Positions 8,776 through 18,092 of a stretch of 64,000 nucleotides of DNA are shown piece by piece (the stretch's first letter is position 1; every line of letters starts with the position of its first letter). This stretch comes from Prochloron sp. SulCav_FS08_3_32_3330. Its GTDB lineage: Bacteria > Cyanobacteriota > Cyanobacteriia > Cyanobacteriales > DYNF01. The DNA is taken from NCBI GenBank assembly GCA_020721205.1, contig DYNF01000003.1, positions 15,038-79,037 of the forward strand, given 5' to 3'. A program made the translations under genes and the position numbers. The notes below the pieces were generated by a model. It saw nothing but the letters and a program-made list of their open reading frames with translations. It was not told where the DNA came from and ran no database searches.

Positions 8776-10476
8776 ATGAAAGAAAAAATCCTTAATCAAA
8801 TCGGCAATTTCAATCCTCAATTATTTCGAGAAATAAAAGGCAGACTTAAATCAAGAAATATTATTATTGCCTCAATTATTTCCCTAATTGGTCAATTTTT
8901 AGTATTTACTTTTTTACAAGGACAACTTTATCAAAAATATGATACTTTTCATCGTTATTGTGTTGGCACTCCCCCCGCCGATATGTATAATGACTATTAC
9001 TCTGGCTACCCACTAAATAATAATTATTGTGTCAGAGATAGCTTAGGAAATATTACTCATATTTTCTATCAATTATGGTGGTTAGACTTATTTATTGCCC
9101 TAAGTATTGTAGGAATATTTGCCCTTTTAGTAGGGGGTACATATATGTTAATTTCTGACTTATCAAAAGAGGAAAATAAAGGCACATTAAACTTTATTCG
9201 TCTTAGTCCTCAGTCAGCAAAAACCATTTTTATTGGTAAAATTTTAGGCGTACCAATCCTTATTTATTATGCCTGTTTATTAGCAATTCCTTTTCATATT
9301 ACAGCCGGAATTTTGGCTCATGTTTCTTTACCTTTAATCTTTCTTTTTTACTTAGTAACTATCTTTAGTTGTGCTTTCTTTTATCAAGCTTCCCTTGTCT
9401 ATGGTTTAGTTAGTTCAAGTTTAATGGGTTTTCAATCTTTTTTAGGTAGTGGTATCGTCTTATTATTCCTTTTTTGTGCTACGATTATTACAATGGAAGG
9501 TAACATGATTACCCATAATTCTATAGATTGGTTAACACTTTTTTATCCGGGAATAATGTTACCTTATCTTGTTAATTCTACTTTCATTCAACCCGATACT
9601 GTCTATTTTTTAAAATTAAGTAATTTACAAGAATTACAATTTTATGGACAAAGTTTCTGGAATAATTTATTTTCCGGTACAGGTTTTATGATCTTAAATT
9701 ATTCTCTTTGGACTTATTGGTTAAGTCAAGGATTAAAACGCCGTTTTCATAATCCTTTAACTACTTTAATTAGTAAAACACAAAGTTATGGGATTACTGC
9801 TTGTTTTATGGTGATAAATCTAGGTTTTATTTTACAAAGAAATGAAACCTATTATGTTCAAGAAAACTTTGCCATCGGATTAGGTTTTAACTTAAGTTTA
9901 TTTTTGATTTTAACTGCTTCTTTAAGTCCTCATCGTCAAGAGTTACAAGATTGGGCAAGATATTCTCGTCAAACTTCAAAACATCGTAATTTATTCAGAG
10001 ATTTAATCTTAGGAGAAAAAAGTCCTTCTACTCTGGCGATCGCCCTAAATATTGCCATGACAATAGTATATTTTATTCCCTCAATTTTCTTATTTTCGAT
10101 TAATCAAGAAGATAAAATTGGGATGATCTGGGGCATTTTACTCGGTGGAATGATCGCTTTATTATATGCCACAATCACTCAATTTATGTTATACTTGAAA
10201 ACTCCAAAACGGTCATTATGGGCAGGAATAACTCTGAGTGCAATGATAATTTTACCCTATATTATTTTAGGAATTTTACATCTAAGTCCGGGAGAACATT
10301 GGTTATGGTTATTTACCATGCTTCCGATCGTAGCCACAAAAGAATATTTAACCGGAATAATCTTATTTAATTTCCTGACTCAATTTCTAGCGATCGCTTT
10401 ATTTACCACTCAAATAACAAAACAATTACTGAAAGAGGGAGAATCTGAAACTAAAGCAATTTTAGCAACAGGTTGA
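8776..10476 (+). CDS. Large polytopic membrane protein, putative ABC-2-type permease partner (paralog B)
   Basis: 566 aa, colinear similarity to the 6959-8524 product. Confidence 0.7.
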   Translation: MKEKILNQIGNFNPQLFREIKGRLKSRNIIIASIISLIGQFLVFTFLQGQLYQKYDTFHRYCVGTPPADMYNDYYSGYPLNNNYCVRDSLGNITHIFYQLWWLDLFIALSIVGIFALLVGGTYMLISDLSKEENKGTLNFIRLSPQSAKTIFIGKILGVPILIYYACLLAIPFHITAGILAHVSLPLIFLFYLVTIFSCAFFYQASLVYGLVSSSLMGFQSFLGSGIVLLFLFCATIITMEGNMITHNSIDWLTLFYPGIMLPYLVNSTFIQPDTVYFLKLSNLQELQFYGQSFWNNLFSGTGFMILNYSLWTYWLSQGLKRRFHNPLTTLISKTQSYGITACFMVINLGFILQRNETYYVQENFAIGLGFNLSLFLILTASLSPHRQELQDWARYSRQTSKHRNLFRDLILGEKSPSTLAIALNIAMTIVYFIPSIFLFSINQEDKIGMIWGILLGGMIALLYATITQFMLYLKTPKRSLWAGITLSAMIILPYIILGILHLSPGEHWLWLFTMLPIVATKEYLTGIILFNFLTQFLAIALFTTQITKQLLKEGESETKAILATG

Positions 10477-10502
10477 ATTTTTTAAATATTAGTTAAGAGA
10501 TT

Positions 10503-10558
10503 AAAGTGATCTATTTTTGATTTTATCAAGAAAAGATCACTTTTATTTTCTTTTTTTT
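10503..10558 (+). repeat. 56-bp hairpin repeat AAAGTGATCTATTTTTGATTTTATCAAGAAAAGATCACTTTTATTTTCTTTTTTTT
   Basis: A near-identical reverse-complement copy lies at 35357-35413. Confidence 0.85.
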
Positions 10559-10562
10559 CCCC

Positions 10563-10640
10563 ACCTAATTTTTCAATAAAAAGAGATTTAAAATCAAAGC
10601 GATCGAGAAATTTAGTAATATTTTGGCGATTAATTTTCAT
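10563..10640 (-). pseudogene. 5' remnant (26 codons) of a paralog of the 58407-62237 methyltransferase
   Basis: Own translation gives MKINRQNITKFLDRFDFKSLFIEKLGG, versus MKINRKNITKHLDRLEFESLFIEELGW in the intact gene. My by-eye alignment puts nucleotide identity at roughly 85 percent. Homology stops exactly at the 56-bp repeat. Confidence 0.7.
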
Positions 10641-10665
10641 GGTGTTTATTAATCCAAATTTACAT

Positions 10666-11991
10666 CTAATGAGGGATAATTTTTTGAATTATTTTTTGAA
10701 CATTATTAATTATTTTAGGAAGAAAAGACTTTTCATTCGGTTGAACTTCTCTTATTTCTTCCCCAATCTCCTGAGTTTGATCTTCTTTTTTCTTAATTGA
10801 GATTGGATTTAAGGTATTTTTACGAGGTAAATCCTCTTGCTTATCCTCATTTAGATCTGAATGATATCCTTTATTTTTTCCTTGTGCCAATTTATTATAA
10901 ATAGAATAAGAGGTTAATAAATCCGAACTATATTCATGATTGTCCATATATCTATGAACTTTAGACTCATTTTTTCGATTTAACTGAGGTATTTGATCAA
11001 GTTTTTCTGGTTGATAATTTTGTTTAGATTGAATAGTCATCCATTGATTAAAATCATCCTCAGAAAGCATTTTAACCAAAGGATTAGTCATAATTGAAAT
11101 ATTTTCTAAATCTGCCAAAACTTCAGAGGCACTAGCATAGCGTTTATCTAAATCATAATCAACCATTTTATCTAAAATGTTAGCAAATTCAGGAGAAACA
11201 TCAGCTTTATCTCTCCATTGAATCATCTTTTTATTAATTTTATCTTGTAAATCTAAGGGTTTATGACCAGTAATTAAAAATAAACAAGTGATACCTAAAG
11301 AATAGATATCACTAGCATAAACAGACCTCAACGAAAATTGTTCCGGTGGCGAAAACCCTAAAGTGCCGATAAAATGTTGCGTTAAAGAGCAAGAGCTAGT
11401 TTCATCATTTAAGTGAAATTCCTCTTTCACCGAGCCAAAATCAATTAAGACTAAACGTCCATCATCCGCCGCTAAAATAATATTTTGAGGTTTAATATCT
11501 CGATGGATCACCCCCCTCGCATGAATATAACTTAACACAGGTAACAAACTTTTCAGAGTCCTCTTAACAAATTCTTCCGGTTGTACTCCATAACGCTTAA
11601 CCACTTTTGAGAGGGTATAACCTTTAATAAACTCCTGTACTAAATAAAATTCTTCATCCATCACAAAATAATCTAACAACAGAGGAATCTGAGAATGATG
11701 CCCTAATAAAGACAGAATTTTTGCCTCCTTTCTAAACCGAGTTTTTGCCCTTTCCAAAGCATCAGCCGGACTCCCTTCAGGAAGACATAACTGCTTAATC
11801 ACACAAAGAGGCGCTCCCGGAATCACCACATTACGCCCTAAAAACGTCACGCCAAAGCCTCCTCGCCCCAATACTTGAAGTATTTGATAGCGATCCTGAA
11901 ATAATTGTTTTTTGCCACAGAGTCGACCCAAACGAGTATGCTCAAGAATCTCTTGATAAGACAAAAAAGACTTAGGAGATGGGGATGTCAT
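10666..11991 (-). CDS. Ser/Thr protein kinase (Hanks type) with low-complexity C-terminus
   Basis: GRGGFGVTF, HRDIKPQNIIL, DFGSVK, GTLGFSPPE. Confidence 0.9.
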   Translation of the reverse strand: MTSPSPKSFLSYQEILEHTRLGRLCGKKQLFQDRYQILQVLGRGGFGVTFLGRNVVIPGAPLCVIKQLCLPEGSPADALERAKTRFRKEAKILSLLGHHSQIPLLLDYFVMDEEFYLVQEFIKGYTLSKVVKRYGVQPEEFVKRTLKSLLPVLSYIHARGVIHRDIKPQNIILAADDGRLVLIDFGSVKEEFHLNDETSSCSLTQHFIGTLGFSPPEQFSLRSVYASDIYSLGITCLFLITGHKPLDLQDKINKKMIQWRDKADVSPEFANILDKMVDYDLDKRYASASEVLADLENISIMTNPLVKMLSEDDFNQWMTIQSKQNYQPEKLDQIPQLNRKNESKVHRYMDNHEYSSDLLTSYSIYNKLAQGKNKGYHSDLNEDKQEDLPRKNTLNPISIKKKEDQTQEIGEEIREVQPNEKSFLPKIINNVQKIIQKIIPH

Positions 11992-12198
11992 AGTAATCAG
12001 TAATCATTGACCTTTTTAAGCTTAGTTTAACGGAAAGTTTGTATTTGAGGATCAAGAATAACCTGTAATCTATTGTCATTCAATGATAATAGTCAATTTC
12101 TTTAGTTAATCTTAAATTTAAAAATTAACATTCTTAATTTAGAAAGATGTGGTATCTTAAACTAAAGTGTAAAGATAAGTAAAGAAATTTTAAGAATT

Positions 12199-12921
12199 GT
12201 GTTTAATTTACCCATTTTCCCCGAATCCCCTGCCATAAAGGAGAATCAAAGCCCAAACACTGGTTCATTTTTCCGTTGGTTAACAATTGAGCAAAGAGGT
12301 TTAATTTTTTGTGCCTCCTCTTTTTTAGTTTCTGTACCCGTATTTATTCAAGCGCCTTTAGTACGTTTAAACCCTTGGTTTACCCTCATTTTAACACTGG
12401 GTTGGGTGGCTTGGGGGTGGCAGTTAAGTCAAAATCAGAAAACTAGGCTTTGGGGCGATCTTTTATTCGGATTTAGTTGGAGTTGGTTTGCCGGAGCTAT
12501 TTATTGGGGGTGGCTTAGGTGGGAGCCTTTATATCATTTACCCATCGAAGCGATCGGTCTTCCTTTTGTCTTATTTTGTCTCAAAAAACGCTGGTTAATG
12601 ATTGGTAATTTATTTTATTTAGGCTCATTATTAGGCACATTTATTACAGATATTTATTTTTATTTAACTGATTTAATTCCCGCTTGGCGACAGTTAATGC
12701 AAAGTGATCCCAATCTAGTTAAACCAATTTTTCAACAAGCGTTAAACCAGATGCAGACTGTGTGGGGAATCAGTTGGGCAGTCGTATTAGTTAATATTTT
12801 ATTAGCCTGTGGTTTTTTAGCTTTACAAGGTCAAAGAAATTATTGGTATGCCTTTGCTGGGGCAGTTTTAAGCACTTTATTTGTAGATAGTTTATTTTGG
12901 ATCGTCGCCTGTCTTGCTTAA
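12199..12921 (+). CDS. Conserved multi-pass membrane protein, function unknown (GTG start)
   Basis: 240 aa, about 6 hydrophobic segments, Trp-rich. Family not assignable by eye. Confidence 0.6.
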   Translation: MFNLPIFPESPAIKENQSPNTGSFFRWLTIEQRGLIFCASSFLVSVPVFIQAPLVRLNPWFTLILTLGWVAWGWQLSQNQKTRLWGDLLFGFSWSWFAGAIYWGWLRWEPLYHLPIEAIGLPFVLFCLKKRWLMIGNLFYLGSLLGTFITDIYFYLTDLIPAWRQLMQSDPNLVKPIFQQALNQMQTVWGISWAVVLVNILLACGFLALQGQRNYWYAFAGAVLSTLFVDSLFWIVACLA

Positions 12922-12935
12922 CCGGAATAATTCAG

Positions 12936-13006
12936 ATTAAAAATATTTCTTTGCGTCTTTGCACCTTAGCGAGATTTTATCATACCTTAATTATGCAACG
13001 CCTAGA
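12936..13006 (+). repeat. About 67-bp dispersed repeat (ATATTTCTTTGCGTCTTTGCACCTTAGCGAGATTTTATCATACCTTAATTATGCAACGCCTAG)
   Basis: A reverse-complement copy at 25061-25127 is about 88 percent identical by eye. Confidence 0.8.
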
Positions 13007-13009
13007 ATT

Positions 13010-13070
13010 AAAAGTAGGGGATTTACTTAACTTCTGAGAAAAGAAATTAAATAAATCCCCTACTTTTTTT
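13010..13070. terminator. Bidirectional hairpin terminator AAAAGTAGGGGATTT ... AAATCCCCTACTTTTTTT
   Basis: 15-bp stem plus a T-run, between convergent genes. Confidence 0.7.
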
Positions 13071-13107
13071 GTTTTAATTAAACTTAATTAAACTTAATTA
13101 AACTTAA

Positions 13108-14172
13108 TTAACGTACAGTATCTCTTAAAGATTCTGCATCAACTCCGGGAATTAAATATAAAAGAATTATATTCCAGAGAATTGACATTTGATAAGGTAA
13201 TTTTTGCAGAGATTTAATAAAGCCGGGCGCTTTACTTTCATTAATTTTAGAAATTGCCTCATTACAACCAGCACAATGTTCTAAACGAGGGAAAAAGGCA
13301 GGATGCTCAGTATTTAAAATTTCAGGGAAACAACGAGCGGCTGTTTCATTCGTTTTACGAGTAACTTCCCGATCATATTCATCCGCATCTAAGCCCACTG
13401 CTTTATAAAAATCGGCTCTTTCATGCACAGTTAAAGTATGGGTAGCAAACACTGATAAAAGGAAAAATCTTGCCCATAAACGCCCAGTAAAGCCATCCCA
13501 CATCGAAGATTGAGAGCGTAAAAGAGCGTTGAAAATATCACCGTGACGGTTTTCATCTTGACACCAGTTTTCAAACTTTTTAAAGAGAGGATAAAACTGA
13601 TATTGAGGGTGTTTTTCAAGGTGACGGAACATGATAATATAACGCCAATAACCGATTTTTTCCGATAAATATACAGCGTAAATTACCCATTCAGGTTTAA
13701 AGAAAGTATAACTACGATGTTGGGTTAAATAACCTAAATCTAAGGAAATATTAAAATCACTCATTGCCTTATTCAGAAAACCCGCATGACGAGCTTCATC
13801 TCTTGCCATGTAGCTAAATATTTCAGAAAGGAAAGGATTTTCAGCTTTAATGCGACGAGAAATTTCTTTAAAGAGGATAAATCCAGAAAATTCAGAGGTA
13901 CAAGAACGCTCTAAAAACTCTACAAATGCCCGACGGGTGGTTTCATCAATATGATCCCAAGATTGCTCAAAATCATCATCACGCATAAAGTGACGACGGT
14001 TATAATCCGCTTTCATTTCTTCTAACATCGCTTCTAGTTGCTCTCTTTGAGCAGAAACATCCATTTTAGCGATCGCTTTGAAGTCGGTGGTATAAAACCG
14101 AGGAGTGAGCAGATTTTCTTTAACTTCTTTAATACTGACTTTTTCTTGGGGTCTAATTGCGGTACTAACCAT
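13108..14172 (-). CDS. acsF: Mg-protoporphyrin IX monomethyl ester (oxidative) cyclase
   Basis: Di-iron motifs EFSGF...DEARHAGF and ENRHGD. Start placed at MVSTAIRPQ (ATG 14172), giving 354 aa. The 30-codon upstream extension in the ORF track looks spurious. Confidence 0.9.
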   Translation of the reverse strand: MVSTAIRPQEKVSIKEVKENLLTPRFYTTDFKAIAKMDVSAQREQLEAMLEEMKADYNRRHFMRDDDFEQSWDHIDETTRRAFVEFLERSCTSEFSGFILFKEISRRIKAENPFLSEIFSYMARDEARHAGFLNKAMSDFNISLDLGYLTQHRSYTFFKPEWVIYAVYLSEKIGYWRYIIMFRHLEKHPQYQFYPLFKKFENWCQDENRHGDIFNALLRSQSSMWDGFTGRLWARFFLLSVFATHTLTVHERADFYKAVGLDADEYDREVTRKTNETAARCFPEILNTEHPAFFPRLEHCAGCNEAISKINESKAPGFIKSLQKLPYQMSILWNIILLYLIPGVDAESLRDTVR

Positions 14173-14498
14173 AATTTTGTATAATTCCTTAAATTTTTGT
14201 TTGTATAACCTAATAGTTATACAATTTATCGCTCTTTTTTCATTTTGGATCAATTTTGCCAAAAATTGTTACATTTCTTAATTTTGTGATTAGTTACAAT
14301 CTATTTAAGCAGACTCTCAAGAGGCGAAAAGTCTTATTTGATAAGGTATTTAAACAAAAGTTTGATATTATTGTTTATAAAAAAAGTTAAAGAATTTAGC
14401 TCTTTTTTCTCATCAATTTTATATTCATTGCTTACCTTACAAAACTATAAACTTTAAATTATAATGGAAAAATAATCAGTTTTAAACGGTAAAATATT

Positions 14499-15857
14499 AT
14501 GATTCCCCACCATAAAATTAAATATTTATTATTAAGTTTAATTTCTTTATCTTTAGTAAGTTGTGTAGGAGAAAAAACTCCTGATCAAATTTATGAGGAT
14601 GTTTCTCCTAGTATTGTTTTAATTAATTATCGAGATCAACCCGGTCATGGCACTGGTTTTTTTGTGGAAGGAAATAAGAGTTTTTGTACTGTTTTAACCG
14701 CTTATCATGTTTTACAACCTACAACAGAAGTTAATATTTCTCTTAATAATAAAGTTATCGTTTCTAGTAGTAATATTTATCATTTAGGTAATACTGATTT
14801 AGGAATTGTTACTTTTTCTTATAATCAAAAATCTTGTCCCTATCCTAGCGTTAAATTAGGTAATTCTGATGAGGTAAAAAGAGGTGAAACAATCCACATT
14901 TTTGGTTATCCTAATCGAGTGGGAGAAAGTCAATTAATTTTACAATTTCCATCGGGTAAAATTACAAATATTGAGTCAATTCCTTTAGCTCAAGGTTATG
15001 CTATTTCCTATGATGCTACGGCGGTGCGTGGTATGAGTGGCGGTGCTGTTGTTAATAGTAAGGGTGAAGTAATTGCTATTCATGGGAAAACTGATTTAGA
15101 CCTGATTACCTTAGCAAGTAATCAAGGTAATACTTTATCACCTGAACAACAAGAAAAGGTAACAGAAATTAATAATCGTGTAGATTCTGTATCACAAATT
15201 AATCATTTTAAATGGGGTATTCCGATTAATAGTTTTAAAGATAATTTTAAGGATATAAATTTAGTGAATCATAGTCCATCTTCCCCTGCTCCAAATGTTA
15301 CTTCAACTCCTGAAATTCCCCCAACTCCTGAAGTTAAACCTCCTATTGAAAATGAGTTTACTTTAGTAACTGATCGGGCAGATTTTACTCGTTTAAATGA
15401 TTTATTAAAAGCCGGAGAATGGAAAGAAGCAGATCAAGAAACTTGGGAATTGATGAAACAAGTTACTAATAGTAAAGAAAGAGTTTATTTAGAAGAAGAA
15501 GATTATCAAAATTTTCCTATCAAAGAATTAAGAATTATGGATCAATTATGGGTAAAATATAGTAAGGGAAAATTTGGTTTTTCGGTACAAAAAGAAATCT
15601 GGATTAAAAATGGTGGTAAATTAGATGGCGAATCCGATTATGATACTTATGAAAAACAGGCTGAAGCATTAGGCTGGAAACAAGGAGATGACTGGCTCAA
15701 TTCTCGTCAACTCACTTTTAATACAAATGCACCAATCGGTCATTTACCTAGTGTAGTGGGGTGGGCTGTTAATTATGGTAAGGGTGAGGAAAAAGTGATT
15801 GACAAGGGGGGAGCATCAGTGCGATCGTGGTATTTTTCTCTATTATCTAAACTTTAG
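14499..15857 (+). CDS. Lipoprotein-signal trypsin-like serine protease fused to a C-terminal GUN4 porphyrin-binding domain
   Basis: Lipobox LSLVSC. Catalytic triad context TAYHVL / TDLGIV / GMSGGAVVN. C-terminus FPIKELRIMDQLWVKYSKGKFGFSVQKEIW...APIGHLPS matches the GUN4 core. Confidence 0.8.
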   Translation: MIPHHKIKYLLLSLISLSLVSCVGEKTPDQIYEDVSPSIVLINYRDQPGHGTGFFVEGNKSFCTVLTAYHVLQPTTEVNISLNNKVIVSSSNIYHLGNTDLGIVTFSYNQKSCPYPSVKLGNSDEVKRGETIHIFGYPNRVGESQLILQFPSGKITNIESIPLAQGYAISYDATAVRGMSGGAVVNSKGEVIAIHGKTDLDLITLASNQGNTLSPEQQEKVTEINNRVDSVSQINHFKWGIPINSFKDNFKDINLVNHSPSSPAPNVTSTPEIPPTPEVKPPIENEFTLVTDRADFTRLNDLLKAGEWKEADQETWELMKQVTNSKERVYLEEEDYQNFPIKELRIMDQLWVKYSKGKFGFSVQKEIWIKNGGKLDGESDYDTYEKQAEALGWKQGDDWLNSRQLTFNTNAPIGHLPSVVGWAVNYGKGEEKVIDKGGASVRSWYFSLLSKL

Positions 15858-15870
15858 CATATAATTAACC

Positions 15871-16413
15871 TGTAGGGGCATGACACCGCTTAATTATGTC
15901 ACTAATAATTAACTTATATATTGTCATGCCCAAACCCACCAATCAATTTTAAAATTAATAATAATTTGATAAATTTTAACCATTAAATTAATAATTGATT
16001 AAATTGTAGGGGCATGGCATCGTTAACTTATTATATAATCATTAACTTAAATTTTGCCATGCCCAACCCCAGCGATCGATTTTAAAAATAATTAAATTGT
16101 AGGGGCATGACATCATTAAATTTTGTTACCAATTTTTCAATCATATATTGTCATGCCCAAACCCACCATTAAATTTTAAAAATTAATCACAATTTGATAA
16201 TATTTAATTAATATTATTATATTTATGATATTTTTTAACCGTTAATTTAATGATGGGGTTGGGCATGGCAACATTTAAGTTAATTGTTATATAATAAGTT
16301 AACGATGCCATGCCCCTACAGGTTTTTTTAACCGTTAATTTAATGATGGGGTTGGGCATGGCAACATTTAAGTTAATTGTTATATAATAAGTTAACGATG
16401 CCATGCCCCTACA
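15871..16413. repeat. REP cluster upstream of RAYT
   Basis: Each unit is TGTAGGGGCATGRCA-(about 40 nt AT-rich)-TGYCATGCCCAAMCCCA, i.e. an internal GGGCATGGCA/TGCCATGCCC hairpin. Three plus-oriented copies lie at 15871-15940, 16005-16072 and 16098-16167. Two identical minus-oriented copies of about 90 bp lie in tandem at 16231-16320 and 16324-16413. Confidence 0.9.
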
Positions 16414-16440
16414 GGTTTTTTTATCACAATTAAAATTAAA

Positions 16441-17019
16441 ATGAGTAATTATAATCCACAATATCATCATCGTCGTTCAATTCGTTTACCAGACTACGAT
16501 TATCGGCAAAGTGGCTATTATTTTGTCACAATTTGTACCTATAAAAAACAATGTTGGTTTGGCGAAATAATTAATCAAGAAATGAAATCAAATCAATTAG
16601 GAAAAATTGCTGATCAATTATGGCAAGGATTAGCTAAAAGATTTGATTATATTAATTTAGATTATTATATTATAATGCCAAATCATGTTCATGGTATTAT
16701 TGAAATTAAACAAAATTTAGTCAAAGAAAGTGATTTTCAAAAACGTGAATTTGGTAAACCAGTAGCTCGTTCACTTTCTACGATTATTGGTTCGTATAAA
16801 TCAGCAGTAACAACCAGAATTAATTATTTAAGAAAGTCTAAAGAGCCTCCCCTTTGGCAAAGAAATTATTATGAAAAAATTGCCAGAATTATTAAGGATG
16901 AAGATGACTTAAATAATGTTAGACAATATATTATTAATAATCCCCGTAAATGGGAATTAGACGAAAATTATATTAATATAAATCCAAAATATCAATTAAA
17001 CTTAGATTTATATTTTTAA
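16441..17019 (+). CDS. REP-associated tyrosine transposase (RAYT; IS200/IS605 Y1 HUH family)
   Basis: 192 aa. YYFVTICT, HUH motif MPNHVHGII, C-terminal WQRNYYEKI...YIINNP with the catalytic Tyr region. Flanked by inverted REP copies. Confidence 0.8.
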   Translation: MSNYNPQYHHRRSIRLPDYDYRQSGYYFVTICTYKKQCWFGEIINQEMKSNQLGKIADQLWQGLAKRFDYINLDYYIIMPNHVHGIIEIKQNLVKESDFQKREFGKPVARSLSTIIGSYKSAVTTRINYLRKSKEPPLWQRNYYEKIARIIKDEDDLNNVRQYIINNPRKWELDENYININPKYQLNLDLYF

Positions 17020-17026
17020 AATTCGT

Positions 17027-17612
17027 TGTAGGGGCATGGCATCCTTAACTTATGATATAATAATTAAATCATATATTGCCATGCCCAACCCCACCAATCA
17101 ATTTTAAAAATTAATAATAATTTGATAATATTTAACCATTAAATTAATAATTGATTAAATTGTAATAACACCATTAAATTATGTTACCAATCATTAAATC
17201 ATATATTGTCATGCCCAACCCCAACATTAAATTTTAAAAATTAATCACAATTTGATAATATTTAACCATTAAATTAATAATTGATTAAATTGTAATAACA
17301 CCATTAAATTATGTTACCAATCATTAAATCATATATTGCCATGCCCAAACCCACCATTAAATTTTAAAAATTAATAATAATTTGATAATATTTAACCCCA
17401 AAATTAAATTATATTTCCAATCATTAAATTATATATTGCCATGTCCAACCCCAACATTAAATTTTCAAAATTAATCACAATATGTAATTTTTAATTGTTA
17501 ATTAATTGTTATGTTTACGATATTTTTTAATCGTTAAATTAATGATGGGGTTGGGCATGGCAACATTTAAGTTAATTGTTATATAATAAGTTAACGATGC
17601 CATGCCCCTACA
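17027..17612. repeat. REP cluster downstream of RAYT
   Basis: Intact plus copy at 17027-17094. Degenerate copies in an array of about 130-bp period at 17161-17225, 17291-17355 and about 17400-17455. Minus copy at 17546-17612. Confidence 0.85.
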
Positions 17613-18082
17613 TTGATATTTATGATATATGGCTTATTAAACCTAATAACACTTTTGATAAAGAAACTCAAAGAGCCGTCAAAGCTTGGCAAACCAAAAA
17701 TAGACTATCTCCTACTGGTTACCTAACCCAAAGTGATTATGACAAATTATTAGCTGAATATGCTAAAAAAGAAAAAGATTTATTTAAAATATTTGATGAT
17801 AGTAGATTTAAAGAAGGCGGAAATGATGGGTTAAACAAAAAATTAAATTATTGGCTTGATAATACTATAGGAGATAATAAATATACTGAAAAATTAAAAA
17901 GCCAAGCACCTGATGGTACCGAATTAGGAAATTATACTTCAAAATTCACTTCTGATACTAGCTATTTAATTAATAAATTCCAAGAAAAATATAGGTTAGA
18001 TCCTTATTATCTTAAAAAAACTGATAAATCTATTGATGTTATAACAAGATTAGTATTAAAGAAAGAATTCGAAAAACAATAA
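17597..18082 (+). pseudogene. Probable 5'-truncated gene with peptidoglycan-binding-like repeat remnants
   Basis: Both candidate start codons (TTG 17576, ATG 17597) lie inside REP copy 17546-17612. FDKETQRAVKAWQTKNRLSPTGYLT resembles the second half of a PG_binding_1 repeat. Confidence 0.4.
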
Positions 18083-18092
18083 TCATTACATC

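Noticed and set aside
14173-14262. 30-codon N-terminal extension of acsF in the ORF track
   Set aside because: Homologs start near MVSTAIRPQ, and the extension is AT-rich leader-like sequence.
16204-16470. 88-aa minus-strand ORF with an internal perfect repeat (KKTCRGMASLTYYITINLNVAMPNPIIKLTV twice)
   Set aside because: It is simply the translation of the two tandem 90-bp REP units, and it overlaps the RAYT start.
17094-17460. Regularly spaced repeats that could be mistaken for a CRISPR array
   Set aside because: The 'spacers' are themselves repeated nearly identically. The units are REP-derived with about 130-bp period, and no cas genes or leader are present.
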